Shown one piece after another: positions 27,883 to 36,484 of a DNA stretch of 64,000 nucleotides. The translations under genes were made by a program, and so were the position numbers. Under the pieces are notes generated by a model that saw only the letters and a list, made by a program, of their open reading frames with translations, was not told where the DNA came from and did no database searches. The stretch comes from an uncultured delta proteobacterium (lineage in GTDB: Bacteria; Desulfobacterota; Binatia; DP-6), in NCBI GenBank assembly GCA_963815115.1, contig CAWFFN010000012.1, positions 150,590 through 214,589 of the forward strand, written 5' to 3'. Numbering within the stretch: position 1 is the stretch's first letter; each line of letters opens with the position of its first letter.

Positions 27883-28962
27883 TCAGCGCGGCTCGAAGAC
27901 GGTGACGTCGATCCCGCGCTCGGAGAGCGTTCGCCTGACGTCCCCGTCGAGCAGCTGCCTGGCGGCCTCGTTCTCCTTCAGGGTCGCATCCCAGTGCGCG
28001 AGCCCCAGGCCGCGCACCCAGCGATAGGCGTGGTCCGGTGGCGCCAGCTGGTCGATCGGGGGCACGCGGTGGGCCACCTCCTCGAAGGCGCCGGGCGGCG
28101 GCATGAGGCGGAAGATCTCGTGCACCTGCTCGATCCGGTCGCAGAAGTGCATGTGGTCCGTGTTGTTCATCACCACGAGCTTCTTCCATCGGGACGGCGT
28201 CCGATCGAACAGGTCGTGCATCCCGCCGAGCGGGAGCAGCGAGTCGCGCTCCGCGACCAGGAACAGGGTCGGGACCTCGCGTCCCCAGCCGAAGTCGAGA
28301 GCCTCGTGCAGCGCCGGGACGGGTATCGGTGTCGCGCCCCCGGCGGGTGCGAGCGGAAGGGCCGCGCGGATGCGGCGATCCCGGGCCGTGACGACCAGCG
28401 TCGTCCATCCTCCGAAGCTGTGCCCGCTCATCCCGATGCGTTCCCGGTCGATGAGAGTGCCGAGGTCGCCGGAGAGCCCGTCGAGGAGCTGATCGAGGAG
28501 CACGCGGACGTCGGCGGGCCGTGCCACGGCGAAGGTACGCAGGGTGTCCCCGAAATCCGGCAGCGCGCCACCGGTCCGGGCCGTGAGGGTGGCCTGCATC
28601 ACGTCGAACACGGTGTTGCCGGTGTGATCGCAGGCCGCGACCACGTAGCCGTGGCTGGCGACGTGGGTGCAGAGGAAGGTGCTCTGCCGGCGATGGCCAC
28701 CGAAGCCGTGCGAGAAGAGGACCAGCGGATGCACCCCGGATCGCGGCGCGGCATCCCGCACCGCCTCCTGGGTGACGGGTGGAAGGCCCGGCAGCATCTC
28801 GTATGCATCCTGCCGGCCGTCCAGGTCGGCACCGGCGTGCGCGTCGGTGGCCGGGTACCATACCTCGACGGCCAGCGTGCGGTCGTCGCGCGTGCGGTCC
28901 CGCAACGTGAACGTTCGCACCCCGACCGGAAACGGGCCGCGAGCGAAGGGGTCGTAGGTCAT
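27883..28962 (-). CDS. Alpha/beta hydrolase (PAF-acetylhydrolase/dienelactone-hydrolase-like)
   Basis: GHSFGG nucleophile elbow plus downstream D and H candidates. Confidence 0.7.
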   Translation of the reverse strand: MTYDPFARGPFPVGVRTFTLRDRTRDDRTLAVEVWYPATDAHAGADLDGRQDAYEMLPGLPPVTQEAVRDAAPRSGVHPLVLFSHGFGGHRRQSTFLCTHVASHGYVVAACDHTGNTVFDVMQATLTARTGGALPDFGDTLRTFAVARPADVRVLLDQLLDGLSGDLGTLIDRERIGMSGHSFGGWTTLVVTARDRRIRAALPLAPAGGATPIPVPALHEALDFGWGREVPTLFLVAERDSLLPLGGMHDLFDRTPSRWKKLVVMNNTDHMHFCDRIEQVHEIFRLMPPPGAFEEVAHRVPPIDQLAPPDHAYRWVRGLGLAHWDATLKENEAARQLLDGDVRRTLSERGIDVTVFEPR

Positions 28963-29038
28963 TCGCCAACGGCTATGCGGGAGGGGGGCGGTGGTCAAGA
29001 CTCTTGACGCCGCAGTCCGCGGAGGAGAAAGGGAGGGC

Positions 29039-29770
29039 ATGGCAGCCCGGGCAGACGGCCCGTGTGCGGCGTGCGGTGTCGAGAACGCGGCCGATCACAA
29101 CTTCTGCAAGAGCTGTGGGACCCCGCTCAGCCTCGACGAGTCCGGCGACGAGCTGAAGCTCAACTTCGCCGAGCGCACGCGCGACCGCTGTCTCGACCTC
29201 CTGAAGGCGTACCCCGACAATCCCCGCGCCCACTTCGATCTCGGCCTCGCCTACTATCACCTCGGCCAGACGGGCAACGCGACGCGCGCCTTCGAGCGCT
29301 GCCTCCAGATCGAGGACGCCTATCCCGCCGCACACTTCCAGCTTGCGCTCTGCCACTACCGGCGCGGCGCGATGGGCGAGTGCGCGGCGGCGGCGCGCAA
29401 GGCGATCGAGCTGAACCCCTCCTCGGCTCCGGCGCACTTCCGGCTGGCCATCGCGCTCTTCCACCAGGCGCGGCTCGACGAGGCGGCGCGCGCCTTCGAG
29501 CGTACCATCGCAGTCGACCCGGAGTACGTCATCGGCTGGTACCACCTGGGCGTCATCCGCGAGCGCCAGAAGAACGTCGACGACGCGATCGCCTGCTTCG
29601 AGAAGGTCGTGGAAGCGAATCCCGACGATGCGTCGGCCCACTACCACCTCGGCCTGTGCTACGAGCATCAGGGCCTCGACGGCCTCGCGATCAGCGCGCT
29701 CTCGCGGGCGCTCGAGCTCGATCCGTCGGATACCGCCGCGGCCGCCGCCCTGCAGGAGCTCCAGCGCTAG
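29039..29770 (+). CDS. TPR-repeat protein with N-terminal zinc-ribbon (CAACG...CKSCG)
   Basis: SD GGGAGGG immediately upstream of the ATG. Repeated A..F..A/Y..LG TPR-like units. Confidence 0.65.
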   Translation: MAARADGPCAACGVENAADHNFCKSCGTPLSLDESGDELKLNFAERTRDRCLDLLKAYPDNPRAHFDLGLAYYHLGQTGNATRAFERCLQIEDAYPAAHFQLALCHYRRGAMGECAAAARKAIELNPSSAPAHFRLAIALFHQARLDEAARAFERTIAVDPEYVIGWYHLGVIRERQKNVDDAIACFEKVVEANPDDASAHYHLGLCYEHQGLDGLAISALSRALELDPSDTAAAAALQELQR

Positions 29771-31347
29771 ATATCGTCGCCGAGGCCGGGCTCGCGCTCT
29801 CCATGGCGAGCGGCCGCGATCGCCGCGGTGAAGAGCCCGCTCAGTATCCCCACGGCGACGAGACCGGCGAGGCCCACCCAGTCGCCTGCCGAGCGAGGAT
29901 GAATGAGGCTCGCCAGCGCCGGGCCGAGGGCGAGGCCAGCGTGGGGATCGCTCCGCATCGTCTTGAGCGCCCCGAGGGTGGCCACGAGAAGTCCGGAGGC
30001 CACGATCGCCACGATGCCGCCTGCGACGCCTCGCCCCACCAGCGCGGCGGTCCCGAGCGGCACGCCGCTCGCGGGCGGGTCGACCCGGAAGGTCGGCTCC
30101 CGGGTCCCGAGCGGGACGAAGCGGGCGAGCAGGATGAGCCCCGGCGCACCGGACGCGATGGTGAGCCAGAAGAAGGCTTTCCAGCCGACGGCGTCGACGA
30201 TGAACCCGCAGATCGGGCCCGCGATCAGCCGGGGCACCCCGAACAGGCTCGAGAAGAGCGCATACTGGGTCGCCGAGAAGCGCTTCTGGGTGAGCCGGAG
30301 CAGGAGCACGGCGAACGCGCCCGTACCCATGCCCGCGCACAGGCTCTCGAATCCCGTCGCCGCGTACATGAGCGGGCGATTCACCGGGCTGCCCGCCAGC
30401 AGCACGTAGCCCAGGCTGGCGAACGACTGCAGGAAGCCGAAGAGCCAGAGGCTGTGGCCGAGTCCGATGACGGTGGTGACGACGCCTCCGAGGAAGGTTC
30501 CTCCGAGGCTCGCCGCGAGGCCGATGGTCGCCAGCGCCACGCCGCGGTCGGTATCGCTGTAGCCCATGTCGACCAGGAACGGTCGTATCAGTGCCATCGC
30601 GAGGTTGTCGGCGAGCTTGTAGAGGACGACGAAGGCGAGGATCTCGAGCGCTCGATGGCGCGCCAGCAGCGCCAGGAAGGGCTGCCACACCGCTTCGCGA
30701 AGGCTGGCGGGACGCGCGGGTTGCTGGGCGGGCTCGGGCGCCAGCCAGGTGATGACGAGCATCGGCAGGTAGAGCAGCGCGAGTCCGATGTTCACCAGCG
30801 GCCAGGAGTACCGTCCGGCGAGGGTGATGGCCACGCCGCCGGCGACGAACATCGCGGCGCGGTAGAGCGCGGTCCGCGCGCCGACCGCCACGCCCTGCTC
30901 CTCGGGCAGCAGCACGTCGACGGCGTAGGCGTCGATGGCGATGTCCTGCGTCGCCGAGGCGAACGCGATCGCCAGGGCGAGCGCCCCGACGACCCACGGA
31001 GCGTCGGGATGATGTCCCACCCCCGCGAGCGCCAGCCCGAGGGCCAGCAGGACGAGCTGCGAGATCGCGGCCCAGCCCCGTCGCCGCCCGAGCCACGGGG
31101 GCTGATAGCGGTCGAGGAACGGCGACCACAGCACCTTGAGCGACCATGGCGCCTGGGCAAGCGTGATCAGGCCGACGAGTCGGATGTCCAGCCCGATCGA
31201 GCGCATCCAGTCCGGGATCGCGATCAGTACCAGGCCGAGCGGGAGCCCCGAGGAGAACGACAGGAGCACGACGGAGGCCGTTCGCCAGGAGCGCAACGCC
31301 TCCAGCAGGCCCCTTCGACCGTCGTGCGTCCCGGTCCCCTTCCCCAC
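29767..31347 (-). CDS. ampG: MFS transporter, AmpG (muropeptide permease) family
   Basis: SFSSGLPLGLV...LYKLADNLAMALIRPFLVDMGYS pattern characteristic of AmpG. Start uncertain (GTG at 31347 chosen; the ORF frame is open to 31674). Confidence 0.65.
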   Translation of the reverse strand: MGKGTGTHDGRRGLLEALRSWRTASVVLLSFSSGLPLGLVLIAIPDWMRSIGLDIRLVGLITLAQAPWSLKVLWSPFLDRYQPPWLGRRRGWAAISQLVLLALGLALAGVGHHPDAPWVVGALALAIAFASATQDIAIDAYAVDVLLPEEQGVAVGARTALYRAAMFVAGGVAITLAGRYSWPLVNIGLALLYLPMLVITWLAPEPAQQPARPASLREAVWQPFLALLARHRALEILAFVVLYKLADNLAMALIRPFLVDMGYSDTDRGVALATIGLAASLGGTFLGGVVTTVIGLGHSLWLFGFLQSFASLGYVLLAGSPVNRPLMYAATGFESLCAGMGTGAFAVLLLRLTQKRFSATQYALFSSLFGVPRLIAGPICGFIVDAVGWKAFFWLTIASGAPGLILLARFVPLGTREPTFRVDPPASGVPLGTAALVGRGVAGGIVAIVASGLLVATLGALKTMRSDPHAGLALGPALASLIHPRSAGDWVGLAGLVAVGILSGLFTAAIAAARHGEREPGLGDDI

Positions 31348-31454
31348 CGCGCGCTCGCTTAGCAGGGCCTCTCGGTCCGTGCGAACGCTTCCGGGCCTCC
31401 GACCTGCGCCTCTTTTCGGGAATGTGCGTTCTCTGGTAAGCCGCCCCTGCCGAG

Positions 31455-31468
31455 CGAACGATCGTTCG
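31455..31468. promoter_or_regulatory. Perfect 14-bp palindrome cgaacgatcgttcg in the AmpG/amidohydrolase divergent intergenic region, 16 nt upstream of the amidohydrolase ATG
   Basis: Seen directly. Candidate operator for a dimeric regulator. Confidence 0.45.
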
Positions 31469-31483
31469 TGCGACGGAGGACGG

Positions 31484-32671
31484 ATGGACACCCCGACCGA
31501 GCCCATGATCTCGAGCGATTCCCACATCGTCGAGCCCCCCGACCTGTGGGAGCGGTGGCTCGAGCCCGCGTTCCGTCCCTTTGCGCCCAAGCTGGTGAAG
31601 GACGACGAGGGTGGGGACGCCTGGCTGTACAACGACGGCGGGGCGCCCGCGCCGCTGGGGCTGGTCACCGTCACCCGTGACCGGCCGCGCGAGCAGCTGC
31701 GCTGGTCGGGGGCGCGCTACGCCACCATCAACCGCGGAAACTACGAGGGCGAGGCGCGGGTCGCGGAGATGCTGGAAGACGGCGTCGTGGCCGAGGTCAT
31801 CTACTCGCCCCAGCGCACCATGCGCCACTTCATGCAGGGGACCGAGGATGCGCTCCATCTCGCCGGCGTGCGGGCGTACAACGATTGGCTGGCGACGGAT
31901 TTCTGTGCCCGGGCTCCCGAGCGCCTGATCGGCATCGCGCAGATGCCGGCGATCGGCATCGAGCCGGCCATCGCCGAGATGCGCCGCGCCAAGTCGATCG
32001 GGTTGCGCGGCGTCCTCCTGTCGTCGTGGCCGAGCGGCAACCCGAGCCTCTCGCCCGTCGACGACCCCTTCTTCGCGGAGGCCGAGGCGCTGGGCATGCC
32101 GATCAGCCTGCACATCGGGCTGGCGTCGCGCACCAAGGCGTCGCCGAAGCCGAAGACGCCGATGGAGGAGAAGGCCGCGCGCGGCGAGGGAACGGGCGGC
32201 CGGCAGGTGTCGGTGCTCTCGGGCGCCGGACTCGACTCGATGCCGCTGCTGCTGGGCGAGATCATCCTCACCGGAGTGCACGATCGCTTCCCCCGGCTCA
32301 CCTTCGTCTCGGTGGAGGCGGGGATCGGCTGGGTGCCGTACTTCCTCGAGCAGATGGACGACCGCTACGAGCGCAACCGGCACTGGGCGAAGGTGAGGCT
32401 CGAGCGCACGCCGAGCTCGTACGTGCGGACGAACTGGCGCTTCACCTTCGTCATCGACCACTACGGGGTGAAGAACCGCCACGCGGTGGGGGTCGAGAAC
32501 GTGATGTGGTCCACCGACTACCCGCACCACGGCTGCGACTGGCCTCACTCGCGCCGCACGGTGGCTGCCATGTTCGAGGGTGTGCCGCCCGACCAGCGCC
32601 AGGCGATCACCTACGGCAACTGCGCTCGACTCTACGACGTCAGGGTAGGCGAGCCGGTCCCGGCCTCGTAG
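31484..32671 (+). CDS. Amidohydrolase-family (amidohydrolase_2/ACMSD-like) metal-dependent hydrolase
   Basis: SD GGAGGACGG before the ATG. MISSDSHIVEPPDLW N-terminus and WSTDYPHHG C-terminal motif are typical. Confidence 0.8.
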   Translation: MDTPTEPMISSDSHIVEPPDLWERWLEPAFRPFAPKLVKDDEGGDAWLYNDGGAPAPLGLVTVTRDRPREQLRWSGARYATINRGNYEGEARVAEMLEDGVVAEVIYSPQRTMRHFMQGTEDALHLAGVRAYNDWLATDFCARAPERLIGIAQMPAIGIEPAIAEMRRAKSIGLRGVLLSSWPSGNPSLSPVDDPFFAEAEALGMPISLHIGLASRTKASPKPKTPMEEKAARGEGTGGRQVSVLSGAGLDSMPLLLGEIILTGVHDRFPRLTFVSVEAGIGWVPYFLEQMDDRYERNRHWAKVRLERTPSSYVRTNWRFTFVIDHYGVKNRHAVGVENVMWSTDYPHHGCDWPHSRRTVAAMFEGVPPDQRQAITYGNCARLYDVRVGEPVPAS

Positions 32672-33002
32672 ACGGGTAGCGGCCGTCCCGGTCCCTTCAC
32701 GCGGATCTCGCCCCGCGAGGGCACGGGAGGCGACCGCGCACCCGGCGCCGCGTCCCGCCAGCGGCCACCATCCCGAGCGCCCGACCCCGAGCGCGACCCG
32801 GCCCCGGGGGGGCCCCCTCGGCGGACCGGCCGGCGCGGTCCCGCAAGGTGCCGCCGTCCCGGCAGCCGGGGCAAACCGCAAGGGTGCCGGCTGCGTAACT
32901 TCTCCCGTGACCACGGTACGGTCGCCGGCCTGGCGAACGAGGCAAGATTACGCGATGATCTTGGCGTCGTTTCGATCGATCTTGCACGCAAAGGAGCTAC
33001 CC

Positions 33003-36000
33003 GTGGAGAGGACCGCCGCGCCCGCCCCCGGCCCGGCTCCGGGAATCTCGGCAGGGTTCGGGCATGCCGCGTTCGTGGGGCGAGAGCGCGAGCTTGCCGA
33101 GCTGACGGGCGCGATCGATGCCGCGCGCGCTGGCCGGGGCGTCTTCTACCTGGTGAGCGGTGAGCCCGGGATCGGCAAGACACGGCTTGCCGAGCGGGTG
33201 GCCGAGGAGGCGACGTCGCGGGGATTCTCCGTCCTCTGGGGTCGCTGCTGGGAGAGCGGCGGGGCGCCCGCCTACTGGCCCTGGGTCCAGGTGCTCCGTG
33301 CGGCCTTGCGGGGGCGCGATCCGGCGACCCTCGCCGGCGCCACCGGGCGTGCGATCGCCGAGCTCGGTCAGCTCGTCCCGGAGATGGCCCACGGGCTGCC
33401 CGACCACGGGCATTCTTCGATCCCGGGTCCCATGGTCGACGGGCCCGACGAGGCGCGGGTGCGGCTGTTCGACGCCGTGCAAGCGGTCGTCGCCACCCTG
33501 GCTGCCGAGCGACCACTGGCCGTGCTGCTCGACGACCTCCACGCCGCCGACGATTCCTCGCTTCTCCTCCTCCAGTACCTCTCTCGCGAGCTCCAGCAGG
33601 CCCCCGTGCTCATCCTGGGAACGCACCGCGACTGGGAGATGCGGAAGGCACCGGCTCTCCGCCGGCTTCTCGGCGGCCTCGCCCGCGCCAGCCAGCATCT
33701 CCCCCTGCGCGGGCTCGAGGAGCACGACGTCGCACGGTTCGTGGAGGCAGACCGCGGGACGGTGCCCGCGCGCTCGGTCGTCTCGGCGGTGCATCGGGCC
33801 ACGGGTGGCAATCCCTTCTTCCTCCAGGAGATCGTGCGCGGGAATCCGGGGCGAGGCGAGCTCGAGGCTCCGGCACTTCCCTCGTCCGATGCCATCGGCA
33901 TCCCGATGCGGGTGCGCGAGATGGTGCGCCGGCGATTCGAGTCGCTCAGCGAGTGCTGCACCCAGACCCTGCCCGTCGCCGCGGTCCTCGGCCAGGAGTT
34001 CGACCGCGTCGTGCTCGGCCAGGCCTGCGATCTGCGCGGCGATCGGCTGCTGGGCATCCTGGACGAGGCCATCGGCGCGGGCGTGGTGCTCCACCTCGGC
34101 GGCCATCGCTACGGGTTCTCGCACGGGATCATCCGCGAGACCCTGCGCGAGGGCGTGCCGCCGGGCGAGCGCGCCGGGCTCCACGCGCGCATCGCCGAGG
34201 TACTCGAGCGGCGCAGCCCAGGCGATCCCGGTGCCCATCTCGGCGAGCTCGCCTATCACTTCGGCGAAGCCGCGCAGGGTGGCTCCGATCCCGCCAAGGC
34301 GATCAGATACGCGCGCCAGGCGGCGCAGCATGCCATGGTGCGGCTCGCGTTCGAGGAAGCCGTGTCCCTGCTGCAGCAGGCGCTGCTCGCGCTCGATCTG
34401 GATCCGAAGGGCGATCTGGCGCTTCGCGGCGACCTGCTGCTCGCCCTGGGCGAAGCCCAGCGGCGCGCGGGCGAGGCGGACGCGGCGCGCGCGACGTTCG
34501 CCCATGCCGCCGCCGTCGGCCGCCGCCTCGGCTGCTCCACCATGCTCGGCCGCGCCGCCGTCGCCTTCGGCGGCATCGGACGCGAGCGCATCAGCGCCGA
34601 CTACGACTGGATCGCGCTCCTCGAGGAAGCCCTCGCCGCGCTCGGGGGGGAGGACAGCGCGCTGCGCGTGCGGCTGCAGGCGTGCCTTGCGATGGCGCTC
34701 TACTGGTCGGACGGCCCCGAGCGCCGAGACGCGCTGAGCCGGGATGCCGTCGCGATGGCGCGCCGCCTCGGCGATCCCGCGACGCTCGCCTTCGCCCTGA
34801 ACTTCCGGCTGAAGGCGGTCTGGGGCCCCGGCGGCATCGAGGAGCGGCTCGTGTCCGCGAGCGAGATCGTGGCCCTCGCCCGCTCGAGCGGTGATCGCCG
34901 TCTGGAATTCGAGGGCCACCGATGGCGGGTCGTGTGCCTGCTCGAGCTGGGAGACATGGTCGCCGTCGATCGCGAGATCGCGGCCGTGGCCCGCATCGCC
35001 GAGGAGCTGCGCGATCCGCTCTATCGCTGGCACAGCATGGTGTGGCGCAGCATGCGGGCCGCGGTCGACGGCGACTTCGCGCGCGCCGAGGCCCTCGCCG
35101 GCGAAGCGCTGGCCGCCGGCGAGCGGGTGCAGAGCCACGTCTCCACGCCCGTCTACCTCGGCCAGCTGTTCGGGCTCCGCCTGCACCAGGGCCGGCTGGG
35201 CGAGCTCACCGACGTGCTGCGGGCGCTGGTCGACAGCGGCGTCAACGCCCCGGCGTATCGCTCGGGACTCGCGCAGGCGGCGGCCCAGCGAGGTGACCTC
35301 GCGCTCGCGCGGAGAGAGCTCGATTTCCTCGCCGCGGGCGGCTTTACCTGCCTGCCCACCGACTCGTCCCGCATGACCACGCTCGTCACGATCGCCGAGG
35401 TCGCGGCCACGGTGGGTGACGCGGAGCGTGCGGCGACGCTGATCGAGCACCTGCTGCCCTACGCACATCTCAACGTCGTGGTCGGGCCTGCCCTCGGCTG
35501 CTTCGGCGCCGTGGCGCGCTACCTCGGTCTGCTCGCCACGACGTGCGGGCGCTTCGAGCACGCCGAGCACTATTTCACGCATGCCCTGGCGCTCAACACC
35601 CGGCTCGGCGCGCGCGCCTGGGTCGCCCACACCCAGGCCGACTTCGCCGCGATGCTGCTCCGCCGCGGTGAGCCGGGCGATGGCGCGCGGGCCGCCGAAC
35701 TCCGCGCCGCAGCCCTGCAGGCAGCCGAGGCGCTGGGAATGCCGCTCGTGCTGCAGAAACTGTGCGCGCTCGACACCCCGCAGCTCCGGGTGCCCGGCGC
35801 CGAGCGGCTGCCATGCCGCATGGTCCACGAGGGCGATTTCTGGACGGTGTGCTTCGAGGGCGTGACGAGTCGGGTGCGTGACGCGAAGGGCATGCGCTAC
35901 CTGCGCCAGCTCTTCGCCCACCCCGGTCGAGAGTTCCACGTGCTTGCCCTCGTCGCCGACGTCGATGGGCGAGGCACGGAACCAGCTCAGGCGCCCGGCC

Positions 36001-36419
36001 GCATGACGCAGATCGCGCTCGAGCAGCTCGGCATGCATCGCGACGACGACGGCGCCACCGGCATGGTGCTCGACGCCCAGGCGCGGTCGGCCTACCGCAG
36101 CCGGTTGTTCGACCTCGAGGCCGAGCGCGACGAGGCGGAGGCGGCGAACGACCCGGGGCGCCGCGCGCGCGCCGAAGCGGAGATCGAGTTCCTGGGTCAG
36201 GAGCTGTCGCGCGCCTTCGGCATGGGCGGCCGTGCCCGCCGCGCGGGCTCGATGGCGGAGCGGGCCCGGGTGAGCGTCACGCGCGCCGTGCGAGCGGCGA
36301 TCGAACGTCTCGAGAAGGCGAACCCGACCCTCGGCAAGCATCTCGACACCACGATTCGCACCGGCACGTTCTGCTCCTACACCCCTGACCCGCGGGTGCC
36401 GCCCTCCTGGCAGCTGTAG
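33003..36419 (+). CDS. STAND-type NTPase (AAA_16 P-loop plus helical/TPR-like repeats plus conserved C-terminal domain), paralog 1
   Basis: FVGRERELAELTGAIDAARAGRGVFYLVSGEPGIGKTRL Walker A; LLDDLHAADDSS Walker B. GTG start with SD AAGGAG 6 nt upstream. An alternative ATG start lies at 32955. Confidence 0.65.
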   Translation: MERTAAPAPGPAPGISAGFGHAAFVGRERELAELTGAIDAARAGRGVFYLVSGEPGIGKTRLAERVAEEATSRGFSVLWGRCWESGGAPAYWPWVQVLRAALRGRDPATLAGATGRAIAELGQLVPEMAHGLPDHGHSSIPGPMVDGPDEARVRLFDAVQAVVATLAAERPLAVLLDDLHAADDSSLLLLQYLSRELQQAPVLILGTHRDWEMRKAPALRRLLGGLARASQHLPLRGLEEHDVARFVEADRGTVPARSVVSAVHRATGGNPFFLQEIVRGNPGRGELEAPALPSSDAIGIPMRVREMVRRRFESLSECCTQTLPVAAVLGQEFDRVVLGQACDLRGDRLLGILDEAIGAGVVLHLGGHRYGFSHGIIRETLREGVPPGERAGLHARIAEVLERRSPGDPGAHLGELAYHFGEAAQGGSDPAKAIRYARQAAQHAMVRLAFEEAVSLLQQALLALDLDPKGDLALRGDLLLALGEAQRRAGEADAARATFAHAAAVGRRLGCSTMLGRAAVAFGGIGRERISADYDWIALLEEALAALGGEDSALRVRLQACLAMALYWSDGPERRDALSRDAVAMARRLGDPATLAFALNFRLKAVWGPGGIEERLVSASEIVALARSSGDRRLEFEGHRWRVVCLLELGDMVAVDREIAAVARIAEELRDPLYRWHSMVWRSMRAAVDGDFARAEALAGEALAAGERVQSHVSTPVYLGQLFGLRLHQGRLGELTDVLRALVDSGVNAPAYRSGLAQAAAQRGDLALARRELDFLAAGGFTCLPTDSSRMTTLVTIAEVAATVGDAERAATLIEHLLPYAHLNVVVGPALGCFGAVARYLGLLATTCGRFEHAEHYFTHALALNTRLGARAWVAHTQADFAAMLLRRGEPGDGARAAELRAAALQAAEALGMPLVLQKLCALDTPQLRVPGAERLPCRMVHEGDFWTVCFEGVTSRVRDAKGMRYLRQLFAHPGREFHVLALVADVDGRGTEPAQAPGRMTQIALEQLGMHRDDDGATGMVLDAQARSAYRSRLFDLEAERDEAEAANDPGRRARAEAEIEFLGQELSRAFGMGGRARRAGSMAERARVSVTRAVRAAIERLEKANPTLGKHLDTTIRTGTFCSYTPDPRVPPSWQL

Positions 36420-36484
36420 GTCCGCAGCTGGCGTCAGCCCTCCACTCCGTTCAGGCCGCCTCGGTTGATCGTGGCGAGGCCGCG

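Noticed and set aside
28973-32914. 1313-aa minus-strand ORF, and 29062-31362 766-aa plus-strand ORF
   Set aside because: Shadows of the TPR, AmpG and amidohydrolase genes. Arg-rich.
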